64,000 nt of DNA from an uncultured Chloroflexia bacterium (GTDB lineage: Bacteria > Chloroflexota > Limnocylindria > Limnocylindrales > CSP1-4), in assembly GCA_963757595.1 (NCBI GenBank), contig CAVWRX010000003.1, positions 373,506 through 437,505 of the forward strand, read 5' to 3'. This document shows, one piece after another, positions 39,999-49,193 of this stretch. The notes below the pieces were generated by a model. The model ran no database searches. It had not been told where the DNA came from and was given only the letters and a program-made list of their open reading frames with translations. Within the stretch, counting starts at the first letter, position 1. Every line of letters starts with the position of its first letter. The translations under genes and the position numbers were made by a program.

Positions 39999-40080
39999 TG
40001 CTCATGGAAATGCGTGACCGCGATCCGTCGAGGAGATCCGTTACCGGCGCCACACCGACTGAAGGCTCTACCATCGATCC

Positions 40081-40518
40081 GTGCCAGACATCACCGACGT
40101 TGACCTGCCGATACCCGATCGAGTCCGGGACTTCCTGAGGGCTCCGAATGTCGCCACGATCGGCACGAGCGGAGCCGACGGCGCTCCGCACCAGGCGGTC
40201 GTCTGGTTCCGCCTCGACCCCGACAACCGCGTCCTGCTGAACAGCCGGTACCCGCGGCGCTGGCCGGCCGATCTCCGGCGCGACCCGCGCGTGGCGCTCG
40301 CGATCCAGGACGGGGCGGACCCGATGCGATGGGTCGGACTGACCGGTGTCGTGGAAACGGTGATCGAGAATCTCGACACTGCCCGCGACGACATCTGCGC
40401 GCTGGCGGTTCGCTACGACGACGCGGCGCCGGACCGGCTCGCCGACTTCCGGACCCAGCCGCGAATCTCCTTCCGGATCCGGATCACGGGGATCCACGAC
40501 CACCTCGGAGGCGACTGA
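40081..40518 (+). CDS. PPOX class F420-dependent oxidoreductase (pyridoxamine 5'-phosphate oxidase fold)
   Basis: 145 aa (ATIGTSGADGAPHQAVVWF ... LAIQDG). The stop overlaps the following LLM gene. Confidence 0.65.
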   Translation: MPDITDVDLPIPDRVRDFLRAPNVATIGTSGADGAPHQAVVWFRLDPDNRVLLNSRYPRRWPADLRRDPRVALAIQDGADPMRWVGLTGVVETVIENLDTARDDICALAVRYDDAAPDRLADFRTQPRISFRIRITGIHDHLGGD

Positions 40519-41501
40519 TGTCGGCCCGGCCGGGCGTCGATGCCGGTCGTCCGGCTGGCGCGAACGCGTCGCCGATCCGGTTCGGGGCGCAGCTCTGGTC
40601 GAAGGCGACGAGCTGGCCGGACTTCCGCGACGCTGCCCTTGCCGCGGAGGCGAGCGGCTGGGATTCGGTCTGGACCTGGGACCACCTGCTGGCGATCTTC
40701 GGACCGTCGGAGCTCGGGATCCTCGAGGGCTGGACGACGCTGTCTGCCCTTGGCCCATTGACCAACCGCGTTCGCCTGGGGCTCATGGTCGGCGCGAACA
40801 CGTTCCGCAATCCCGGCCTGACCGCGAAGCTGGCGACGACGCTCGACCACGTCTCCGGGGGGCGATCCGTGCTCGGAATCGGCGGCGCCTGGTTCGAGCG
40901 GGAACACGACGCCTACGGGATCCCGTTCGGGGCAAGCGTCGGCGAGCGGCTCGATCGCCTCGACGAGGCGGTGATGCTCATGCGCCGCCTCCTCGACGGC
41001 GAGCGGTTCTCGCACGAGGGGCAGTTCTACACGTTCCACGACGCGATCTGCGAGCCACGTCCCATCCAGCCACATCTCCCGATCCTCGTCGGCGGCTCGG
41101 GTCCGCGGAAGACGCTACGAACCGTTGCCTTGCGCGCTGATGCCTGGAACACGGCGGGTGACCTGGATGAGGTCCGCGGCAAGCTCGCGATCCTCGGCGA
41201 CCACTGCCTCGCTGTCGGCCGAGACATCTCGACGATCGAGCTGAGCGTCAGCTTCCCGATCCTCCTCCGCGACCACCACGTTGATGCCGAGGCGGCCTGG
41301 GCTGACCTGATGATCGCGAGCGGGAGCGTCAATGCGGGCAATCTTCCCCACCTGATCGGCCCGCCGGCCGAGGTGGCGGACGCGCTGCGGCCGTTCGTGG
41401 CACTCGGGTTCCGGACGATCATCGTCCGGCTGCCGGCGCCCCACGACCGCGAGACGATTTCGCGGATGCACGAGGTCGGCGAGCACCTCGACCGTGGCTG
41501 A
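40518..41501 (+). CDS. LLM class F420-dependent oxidoreductase
   Basis: Luciferase-like (WDSVWTWDHLL ... LGLMVGANTFRNP ... VLGIGGAWFEREH). Confidence 0.7.
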   Translation: MSARPGVDAGRPAGANASPIRFGAQLWSKATSWPDFRDAALAAEASGWDSVWTWDHLLAIFGPSELGILEGWTTLSALGPLTNRVRLGLMVGANTFRNPGLTAKLATTLDHVSGGRSVLGIGGAWFEREHDAYGIPFGASVGERLDRLDEAVMLMRRLLDGERFSHEGQFYTFHDAICEPRPIQPHLPILVGGSGPRKTLRTVALRADAWNTAGDLDEVRGKLAILGDHCLAVGRDISTIELSVSFPILLRDHHVDAEAAWADLMIASGSVNAGNLPHLIGPPAEVADALRPFVALGFRTIIVRLPAPHDRETISRMHEVGEHLDRG

Positions 41502-42456
41502 GGGACGCGCGCCGCTGGTCGTGGAGCTGGCCGGGGGCGTCGGCGGGGCGCGGCTCGCGCATGGCCTCCAGGCCCATCTCGGCGACAGCCTGACCGTCAT
41601 CGTCAACACCGGCGACGACCTCGAACTCCACGGGCTCCTCGTCTGCCCGGACCTCGATACGGTCCTGTACACGCTCGCGGGCATCGACAACCGCGAATGG
41701 GGCTGGGGTCTTGAACGAGAGACCTTTGCGGCGGCGGAGATGCTGGCCCGGTACGGCGAGGAAACGTGGTTCCGGCTCGGTGACCGGGACCTCGCAACGC
41801 ACATCGTCCGAACGCGGTGGCTCGGCGACGGCAAGCGCCTCACCGAGGTCACCCGCCACTTTCGAGATTTGCTCGGCGTTCCGGCCGCGATCCTGCCGAT
41901 GGCCGACAGCCCGGTCCGGACCCAGGTCCGCACGGACGACGGCTGGCTCGACTTCCAGACCTGGTTCGTCGGCCTCCACCAGGCGCCCGACGTGCGTGAG
42001 CTCCGCTTCCAGGGAATGGCTGGCGCCCGGGTCACGCCGGAGGTCGAGGGCGCCTTCGCCGCGGCCGAGGCGATCATCGTGGCGCCGTCCAACCCGTTCG
42101 TCTCGTTGGCGCCGATCCTCGGCGTGGCGGGTGTGCGCCCCGGGATCGACGCCGCCCGGGCCCGGGGCGTCCCGGTCGCCGCGATCTCCGGGATCATTGG
42201 CGGCCGGGCCGTCAAGGGACCCGCGGATCGGATGCTGGCCTCGCTCGGGCACGAGGCAACGGCGGTCGGGGTCGCCCGGATCCACGCCGACCTCGTTGAC
42301 CTCTTCGTCCTCGACGCGGTGGACGCGGCCCTCGAGCCGGCGGTTCGTGCCCTGGGCCTCGACGTCCTCGTGATCGACACGATGATGGATTCGGATGAAG
42401 CGAGGGGACGGGTTGCCGGGTTCGTGCTGGAGGCCGTCGCCGCCCGCCGGCGCTAG
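41494..42456 (+). CDS. cofD: 2-phospho-L-lactate transferase
   Basis: CofD N-terminus (LAGGVGGARLAHGL) ... VVNTGDD ... LYTLAGIDN. Confidence 0.8.
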   Translation: MAEGRAPLVVELAGGVGGARLAHGLQAHLGDSLTVIVNTGDDLELHGLLVCPDLDTVLYTLAGIDNREWGWGLERETFAAAEMLARYGEETWFRLGDRDLATHIVRTRWLGDGKRLTEVTRHFRDLLGVPAAILPMADSPVRTQVRTDDGWLDFQTWFVGLHQAPDVRELRFQGMAGARVTPEVEGAFAAAEAIIVAPSNPFVSLAPILGVAGVRPGIDAARARGVPVAAISGIIGGRAVKGPADRMLASLGHEATAVGVARIHADLVDLFVLDAVDAALEPAVRALGLDVLVIDTMMDSDEARGRVAGFVLEAVAARRR

Positions 42457-42465
42457 CATCCGAGG

Positions 42466-43143
42466 ATGGCCATCAACCTGAGCCGCACCTGGGCGATCAT
42501 CCCGCTGCGAGGGCTCGAGGACGCGAAGACGCGCCTCGGTGCGGAGCTCGACGCCGAGGAGCGCCTGGACCTCGTCGTGGCGATGGCATCCCGCACGCTC
42601 GCTGCCGCGCGAGACGCTGCTCGTCTGCGCGGAGCCGTGCTGGTGACCGCGGATCCCGCCGCGGCTCGACTTGCAGAGGCGTTCGGCGCCATGACTCTCG
42701 TCCAGCGCCTGCCCGGGCTCAACGCCGCGATCCGTGAGGCGCGCGCCCTGGCCGTCGAAGCCGGCGCGACGGCGATCCTGGTGCTCCCGATCGACCTCCC
42801 GGCCATCGACGCCCGGGCGATCGACGACGTCATCGACCGGGCGGCGACCGCGTCCGGCCCGGCTGGCCGCACCGTCGTCGCGGCCGTGCCAGACCACCAC
42901 GGATCCGGCACGAACGCGCTCCTGGTTGCCCCTCCGGACGCGGTCGAGCCGGCGTTCGGGGAACGGAGCTTCGCGGCCCATCGGGAGGCAGCGGCCGCGG
43001 CCGGAGCACGATGGGTCGCGCTGGATGGACCGCTCAGCAGGGACGTCGACACCGGTGCCGACCTCATCGCCGCCGAAACGGCCGATCTCCGGGCGGGGTC
43101 GCGGCCGGCCGTCGCCGGTGGGGGTGGTCGCGATGCCGCCTGA
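42466..43143 (+). CDS. cofC: 2-phospho-L-lactate (or PEP) guanylyltransferase
   Basis: MobA-like pattern (AIIPLRGLEDAKTRLG ... ILVLPIDLP ... GSGTNALL). Confidence 0.7.
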   Translation: MAINLSRTWAIIPLRGLEDAKTRLGAELDAEERLDLVVAMASRTLAAARDAARLRGAVLVTADPAAARLAEAFGAMTLVQRLPGLNAAIREARALAVEAGATAILVLPIDLPAIDARAIDDVIDRAATASGPAGRTVVAAVPDHHGSGTNALLVAPPDAVEPAFGERSFAAHREAAAAAGARWVALDGPLSRDVDTGADLIAAETADLRAGSRPAVAGGGGRDAA

Positions 43144-43936
43144 CCCTCGGCCCGTGCCTCCGACGCAACCTGGCCCCGGCGTCAGCGTCCTGGCGCTCCT
43201 CGGCATTCCCGAGGTCACACCCGGCGCCGACATGCCGACCCTCGTCCTCGCGGCGCTGGAGGCGACGCCGGGCGTCTTGCCCCTCGGCCCCGACGATGTC
43301 CTCGTGGTGACTCAGAAGGTCATCTCCAAGGCCGAGGGGGCCATCGTGGATCTCGCGGGCATTGAGCCACGCCCGGAAGCCACCGCATTCGCGACGGCGT
43401 GGGATCGTGACCCGCGGCAGCTCGAGGTCGTCCTTCGCGAGGCACGCCGCGTCGTGCGCATGGAGCACGGCGTCCTGATCACCGAGACCAGGCACGGCTT
43501 CATCTGCGCGAACGGCGGGGTCGACGCGAGCAACGTCGGGCCGGCGTCGGGCAGCATCGTGACGCTGCTCCCGGTCGACCCCGACGCGTCGGCGGCCGCA
43601 ATTCGGGCGGCGATCCGGGAACGGCACGGCATCGATGTTCCCGTCGTGATCTCGGACTCGTTCGGGCGGCCGTGGCGCTGGGGCATCGTGGACGTGGCCA
43701 TCGGGGTCTCCGGCCTGCTGCCGATCGAGGACCTTCGCGGCTCGCCGGATGCCGACGGCCGGGTGATGAAGTCGACGATCCGGGCGGTGGCCGACGAGCT
43801 GGCATCTGCCGCGGAGCTGGCTCTCGGCAAGGTCGCCGGCCGGCCGGCGGCACTCGTGCGCGGCGCCGCGTTCACCCGGGGCGAGGGAGCGATTGCCGAC
43901 GCGATCATGCCGGCGTCGTTCGACCTGTTCCGCTGA
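43133..43936 (+). CDS. cofE: Coenzyme F420-0:L-glutamate ligase (CofE domain only)
   Basis: CofE pattern (VVTQKVISKAEG ... ICANGGVDASN ... ISDSFGRPWRWG). Only 267 aa, with no nitroreductase-like C-terminal domain. Confidence 0.75.
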   Translation: MPPDPRPVPPTQPGPGVSVLALLGIPEVTPGADMPTLVLAALEATPGVLPLGPDDVLVVTQKVISKAEGAIVDLAGIEPRPEATAFATAWDRDPRQLEVVLREARRVVRMEHGVLITETRHGFICANGGVDASNVGPASGSIVTLLPVDPDASAAAIRAAIRERHGIDVPVVISDSFGRPWRWGIVDVAIGVSGLLPIEDLRGSPDADGRVMKSTIRAVADELASAAELALGKVAGRPAALVRGAAFTRGEGAIADAIMPASFDLFR

Positions 43937-43995
43937 CGGCTCGGATCGATGATCGCGCAGTACGCTGTTCGCTCGCCATAGCCTGAGGGTCCTCG

Positions 43996-44892
43996 ATGAA
44001 ATTTGGTCTCCAGATCAGCAGCTTCACGTGGCCGGGCGGAGCCGCACAGCTCGCACCGACCCTCGCCCGGATCGTTCGCACCGCTGATGCGGTCGGGTTC
44101 GATTCCATCTGGGTGATGGACCATTTCTTCCAGATTCGGGGCGTCGGCCGACCCGAAGAGCCGATGCTCGAGGGCATGACCGCGCTTGGCTGGATGGCCG
44201 CGAACTCGGAGCGCGCCCGGCTCGGGCTCATGGTGGGCGGGATCCACTACCGACAACCGGCCCTCTGGATCAAGGCCACCACGACCCTCGACGTCCTGTC
44301 CGGGGGCCGCGCCTGGTTCGGGATCGGTGCCGCATGGAACCAGGAGGAATCCGAGGGTCTCGGCTTCGCCTTTCCGCCGCTCGGGACGCGCTTCGAGATG
44401 CTCGAGGACACCCTCCGGATGGCCCACGGGATGTGGTCTGGTGAGCGCGGGTCCGAGGAGGCGCTCGAGGGCCGCCACGTCCACGCCACGCGACTCCTGA
44501 ATTCGCCCCAGGCGCTGAGCCGGCCTCGCATCCCGATCATGATCGGTGGCGGCGGCGAGCAGAAGACCTTGCGCCTGGTCGCCCAATACGCCGACGCCAC
44601 GAACGTCTTCGGGGGACCGGAGAAGATCCATCACAAGTACGCGGTTCTGCGGGGCCACTGCGAGGCGATCGGTCGGCCGTACGACGAGATCGAACGGTCG
44701 ACACTCCAGTCGGTCCATGTTGACGCCGCGGGGGCCGACGGTGCCGAGACGCCTGCCCAGGTCACGGATCGGTTCGCGGAGCTCGGTGACGCGGGGGCGC
44801 AGGCGGTGCTCTTCGGCGTCCGCGACGTCTGGCAGACCGACAAGCTCGAGCTCCTTGGCCGGACGCTGCTCAGCGACCTTCGCTCCGCCTGA
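43996..44892 (+). CDS. LLM class F420-dependent oxidoreductase
   Basis: MKFGLQISSF ... FDSIWVMDHF ... RLGLMVGGIHYRQP. Confidence 0.7.
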   Translation: MKFGLQISSFTWPGGAAQLAPTLARIVRTADAVGFDSIWVMDHFFQIRGVGRPEEPMLEGMTALGWMAANSERARLGLMVGGIHYRQPALWIKATTTLDVLSGGRAWFGIGAAWNQEESEGLGFAFPPLGTRFEMLEDTLRMAHGMWSGERGSEEALEGRHVHATRLLNSPQALSRPRIPIMIGGGGEQKTLRLVAQYADATNVFGGPEKIHHKYAVLRGHCEAIGRPYDEIERSTLQSVHVDAAGADGAETPAQVTDRFAELGDAGAQAVLFGVRDVWQTDKLELLGRTLLSDLRSA

Positions 44893-45018
44893 GCCACGTT
44901 CGGGCCGCCTGTTGGGTCGTGCGAACGACCCGATTGCCGCGGATCTGCCATCGCGATTGGTACGTCCTTCCTACTCGACACCGGACCTCCGACACCGGAC
45001 CATCCATGCAGGGAGCCC

Positions 45019-46731
45019 ATGGCCGCTCCCACGCTCGAGGTGGCAGTTGGACCGAAGTCGCGGCCGCGTGGAACAGCAATGTCGCTGAAGTCGAACTGGT
45101 CCGGCGGCACGCCCCTGGCCTGGGACGGCTGGCAGGGCATGACGCCGGACGGCGCCTCGCACTCCCCCATCGAGCCCGACCTCCCGACCCGGACCCGTCG
45201 GCCGCCAAGCGTCCGGGCGCAGCACGAGCGACGGACGCCAGATCAGGCGATCGCGCGTGCCCGCCAGGCGCTGATCGAAGCCATCCCGAACCTCGACCTT
45301 CGGGACCCGATGCTCCCGGCAGCGCTCCGGTTCGCGCGCGATCATGGTCACGAGATCCAGCCGTCGTCGCTCCTCAGCGCGTGGCGGACCCGCATGCATA
45401 CGTCGGAGACGCTCGACGGCGATCTTCCCTGGACGCTCGGCTTCGATGCTGCTCCGAATTCGGCTGCCTACGATCCGAGCGACGGGATCGGTGCGCTCTG
45501 GCGACCACGCGAGCGAGATTGGCTCGAGCGCGATCCGACGGCCTACGGGCGCCGCCTGCTGGCGCCGATCGCGCTGGCCGAGAATGTCGACTTTCTCGCG
45601 AACCCGGGTCTGAGCGCCGACGCGTCCACTCGCCGTGCGGCGGAGGAGATCGTCACCGAGCTCCAGCCGCGCATGGAGGCTGATCTGGCGATCGCCATCC
45701 ACGGGGGCGATCCATGGCGCGACACCTTCGCCATCTGGCTCCTCTCTCGTCGGCCGCACGCCCTCGCCCTCCTCCACCCGATCGCCTTCGCCGTGACGAC
45801 GCGCTACGGAACCCTCGCAAATCGGCTCGCCGGCCTCGTCTGCGGGGTCCGCTACCCGTTCGAGGCGGTGCCCCTCGTCTCCGCCAATGCGCATCTCGGG
45901 AACGCCCTCTGGCTCCTGGACTACCGACCGTCGCTCCTGCCGGGAATCGTCCGGTTCGTTGCCAGCCGGCGGACCCCCGACGGCGGGTTCGGCGACGAGG
46001 GACAGGGCGCGGACGTCCTCACGACCCTCGCGGCCGCAGACCTCCTGGCAACCCTCGACCCGGCCTTCGACCCCTCGCCGACGATGGCCTGGTTCGCGGC
46101 GGCCCAGGAGCGTGAGGGCTGGTGGCGGGCGCTCGACCCCGAGGTCCCGTGGCTGACGGCAGCCGTCACCGAGTGGCTCGAGGGTGCCTCGCGGCCATTC
46201 GCCGAACGCTATCGCTGGCCCGCATACCAGCGCGTGGATCTGGACCGGAAGACGGGCATTCCCGGATATGCGGCCTTTGATCGGCTCGCCCGCGTCTTCG
46301 AAACCCTGCCGAGCCTCTCCAGTGCGTCCCTCTCCGTCGCCTTCTGTGACCTGGCCGGCTTCCGCGAGTTCAACACTGCCCATGGCCAGCAGATGGGCGA
46401 CCGCGTCCTGCGCACCTTTGCGACCGCGCTGTCCGAGATCGGTGCGTCGCTGGCGGTACGTGACGGCGGCGACGAGTTCCTCGTCATCGGGGCGCCCGGC
46501 CGCACGTCGCTGATCGATGATCTCGAGGCATTCCGGCGCCGTTGGCCCGAGCGATTCGAGCGGGAGTTCGGCCCGGACCTCGGGGCCGTGGTGCCCCGCA
46601 TCCTCGTCGCCGACGCGACGGCCGGCGAACTGCGCCGTCTGCGCGACGAGCTCGGCCAGGGAATCGGGGGCCTGAAGTCCCGCGTTCCCGACCCGCCACG
46701 CGAGGGCGTGCTCAGCAGCCTCGACCTCTGA
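45019..46731 (+). CDS. GGDEF-domain protein with an N-terminal prenyltransferase/terpene-cyclase-like α/α-toroid repeat region
   Basis: The C-terminus (DLAGFREFNTAHGQQMGDRVLRTFA ... AVRDGGDEFLVIG) is a GGDEF domain with an intact GGDEF motif. Upstream lies VRFVASRRTPDGGFGDEGQGADVLTTLAAADLLATLD, matching the prenyltransferase repeat consensus, plus additional repeat-like segments. Confidence 0.55.
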   Translation: MAAPTLEVAVGPKSRPRGTAMSLKSNWSGGTPLAWDGWQGMTPDGASHSPIEPDLPTRTRRPPSVRAQHERRTPDQAIARARQALIEAIPNLDLRDPMLPAALRFARDHGHEIQPSSLLSAWRTRMHTSETLDGDLPWTLGFDAAPNSAAYDPSDGIGALWRPRERDWLERDPTAYGRRLLAPIALAENVDFLANPGLSADASTRRAAEEIVTELQPRMEADLAIAIHGGDPWRDTFAIWLLSRRPHALALLHPIAFAVTTRYGTLANRLAGLVCGVRYPFEAVPLVSANAHLGNALWLLDYRPSLLPGIVRFVASRRTPDGGFGDEGQGADVLTTLAAADLLATLDPAFDPSPTMAWFAAAQEREGWWRALDPEVPWLTAAVTEWLEGASRPFAERYRWPAYQRVDLDRKTGIPGYAAFDRLARVFETLPSLSSASLSVAFCDLAGFREFNTAHGQQMGDRVLRTFATALSEIGASLAVRDGGDEFLVIGAPGRTSLIDDLEAFRRRWPERFEREFGPDLGAVVPRILVADATAGELRRLRDELGQGIGGLKSRVPDPPREGVLSSLDL

Positions 46732-46796
46732 AGGCCGCCTCCGGACCGATTGCCGAATACCCCCCAGGGGTATCCATCCCATGCTACGATGCGCCC

Positions 46797-47858
46797 GTGA
46801 GTGAACCAGATACCCCCGCCCCGTTCGGCGGCTTCTCCATCTCCTTCGCGCCCGAGGCGGCCACGCCCTCGGTCGGCGGCCCCGTCTCGATCGCGGATCG
46901 ACCTGAACGCACCGAGGCCAAGGTCGTGATCGTGGGTTCGGGCCCGGCCGGGCTTACCGCGGCGATCTACGCGGCCCGGGCCAATCTCGAGCCGATCGTC
47001 ATCGCGGGATCGGCGCCGGGTGGCCAGCTGATGCTGACGAGCGATGTCGAGAACTACCCCGGATTTCCGGACGGCATCCAGGGGCCGGAGCTGATGGCGG
47101 CGTTCCGGGCCCAGGCGGAGCGATTCGGGACGCAGTTCGCGGACGTCGACGTCGATCGGGTTGACCTCTCGTCCCGACCATTCCGCTTGTGGGCGCGAGG
47201 CACCGAATACCGTGCCCAGGCCCTGATCGTGGCCACCGGCGCGTCGGCCATGTGGCTGGGCCTCGAGAGCGAGACGCGGCTCCGGGGACGCGGTGTCTCC
47301 GCCTGTGCCACCTGCGACGGCTTCTTCTTCAAGGATCGCGAGATCGCGGTGGTCGGTGGGGGCGATACCGCGTTCGAGGAGGCGACGTACCTCACGCGGT
47401 TCGCCTCCAAGGTGCACCTCCTCCATCGACGGGACGAGTTCCGGGCGAGCCGGATCATGGTCGAGCGTGCCCGCGAGAACCCGAAGATCGAGATTCACAC
47501 CAACACCGGGATCGACGAAGTCGTCGGCGATGCCAAGGTCGAGGGCCTGAACCTGCGCGACACCGCGAACGGCACAACTCGGACCATGCCGATCGACGGT
47601 CTCTTCATCGCCATCGGCCATCGCCCCAACACCGAGGCGTTCCGGGATTGGCTCGAGGTCGATGCGAAGGGCTACCTCGTGGTCCGGGACCAGACGAATT
47701 CGAAGATCGACGGCGTGTTCATCGCCGGTGATGTCCACGATCATCGCTATCGCCAGGCAATCACCGCTGCAGGCGACGGCTGTCGGGCGGCGATCGACGC
47801 GGAACGCTGGCTCGAGGCCCAGGGAATCACCGAGGCGAACACCCTTGGCGCGTGGTGA
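46797..47858 (+). CDS. trxB: Thioredoxin-disulfide reductase
   Basis: FAD motif (VVIVGSGPAGLTAAIYAARA), redox CATC (GVSACATCDGFFF), NADPH motif (VVGGGDTAFEEA). The GTG start implies a ~35-aa N-terminal extension. Confidence 0.8.
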   Translation: MSEPDTPAPFGGFSISFAPEAATPSVGGPVSIADRPERTEAKVVIVGSGPAGLTAAIYAARANLEPIVIAGSAPGGQLMLTSDVENYPGFPDGIQGPELMAAFRAQAERFGTQFADVDVDRVDLSSRPFRLWARGTEYRAQALIVATGASAMWLGLESETRLRGRGVSACATCDGFFFKDREIAVVGGGDTAFEEATYLTRFASKVHLLHRRDEFRASRIMVERARENPKIEIHTNTGIDEVVGDAKVEGLNLRDTANGTTRTMPIDGLFIAIGHRPNTEAFRDWLEVDAKGYLVVRDQTNSKIDGVFIAGDVHDHRYRQAITAAGDGCRAAIDAERWLEAQGITEANTLGAW

Positions 47859-47946
47859 TCCGGGACCCGCGGGTCGACGGTGAAGATGCCGTAAAGGTTC
47901 CGCAAGAGAGGCCCACGCCGGGCTCCACGGCACGTAGCCTCGCGCG

Positions 47947-49110
47947 ATGGACCACGAACCGCATGCTCATCGCCAGCGTGTCCGGCCTTCGTCGAAGCGC
48001 CTGGTCGTCCTCGCCGCCCTGGCGCTTCTCGTCGGCGGCATAGCCTTCTTCATCACGAGGCCCGGCGGACAGGGCGACACCGCCGCGCTCTCCAGCCCCG
48101 CGCCGAGCCCGACGCAAACCCTGGCGGCGACCGCGACGCCGTCGGATGTCCCCGACGCGACCGTCAGCCCAGGGCCAACCGCCACGGCGGCGCCGGCGGC
48201 GGGCTCGCCGTTCCCGGGCGGCGTCCTCGTCGCCGATCGGGCGAATGGACGAATCCTGGCGATCAGTGATGCCGGCACGGTCATGTGGCAGTTCCCGTCG
48301 AGCGCGGCCGCCCTCCCGGCAGGCCAGGCATTCACGGCCGATGACGCGTTCCTCGCTCCGGACGGCCGGACGATCGTCGCGAACGACGAATTCCACGAGA
48401 TGATCGACCGGATCGACATTGCGACCGGCAAGATCGTGTGGCAGTACGGGCGCTACGGCCGGGCCGGCAGCGGTCCCGGGCAGCTCCATACGCCCGACGA
48501 TGCGTATCCCCTGGCGAACGGGGACATCGTCGTGGCCGACATCGAGAACTGCCGGATCCTCGAGATTGCGCCCGACAAGTCGATCGCCCGCCAGTGGGGC
48601 ACGACCGGCAACTGCCACCATCGCTCCGGCGTGACCTTCGGTCGACCGAATGGCGATACCCCGCTGCCCGACGGAGGCATCCTGATCACCGAGATCACCG
48701 GCTCGCGGGTCGTGCGGCTTGCCGCCGACGGCCACGTGGTCTTCGACATCCACGTCCCGGTGGCCTATCCGTCCGATGCCCAGCTCGACGCCCAGGGCAA
48801 CGTCGTGGTCGTCGACTACAGCACCCACGGCAAGGTCGTCAGCGTCGACCCGACCGGAAAGGTCCTCTGGACCTACGGGCCGCGCTCGGGACTCGGAGCG
48901 TTGAACCATCCGAGCCTCGCGACGCCGCTCGCGAACGGCCTGGTCTCGGTCAACGACGACTTCCGGCATCGGGTCGTCGTCTTCGACCCCGCTACGGGAC
49001 GGATCGTCTGGCAGTTCGGGCATACCGATCGACATGGCTCGGCGAGCGGCTATCTCAACACGCCGGACGGACATCAGCCCTTGCCGCCGGGGACCTTCGG
49101 GCAGTCGTGA
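47947..49110 (+). CDS. Membrane-anchored β-propeller repeat protein (PQQ/ASST-like repeats)
   Basis: N-terminal TM helix, an Ala/Pro/Thr-rich linker, then repeated G-x-(I/V)-(V/L/M)-W-(Q/T)-(Y/F) blades (GTVMWQF, GKIVWQYG, GKVLWTYG, GRIVWQFG). Confidence 0.5.
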   Translation: MDHEPHAHRQRVRPSSKRLVVLAALALLVGGIAFFITRPGGQGDTAALSSPAPSPTQTLAATATPSDVPDATVSPGPTATAAPAAGSPFPGGVLVADRANGRILAISDAGTVMWQFPSSAAALPAGQAFTADDAFLAPDGRTIVANDEFHEMIDRIDIATGKIVWQYGRYGRAGSGPGQLHTPDDAYPLANGDIVVADIENCRILEIAPDKSIARQWGTTGNCHHRSGVTFGRPNGDTPLPDGGILITEITGSRVVRLAADGHVVFDIHVPVAYPSDAQLDAQGNVVVVDYSTHGKVVSVDPTGKVLWTYGPRSGLGALNHPSLATPLANGLVSVNDDFRHRVVVFDPATGRIVWQFGHTDRHGSASGYLNTPDGHQPLPPGTFGQS

Positions 49111-49193
49111 TAGTTTCCGTGGGTGTTCTCGGATCCCGGAGGCCGCCGCGGCGGTAGGCCCTGCCCCTCGACGCCGCGCGCCGCGGTGCCCGC

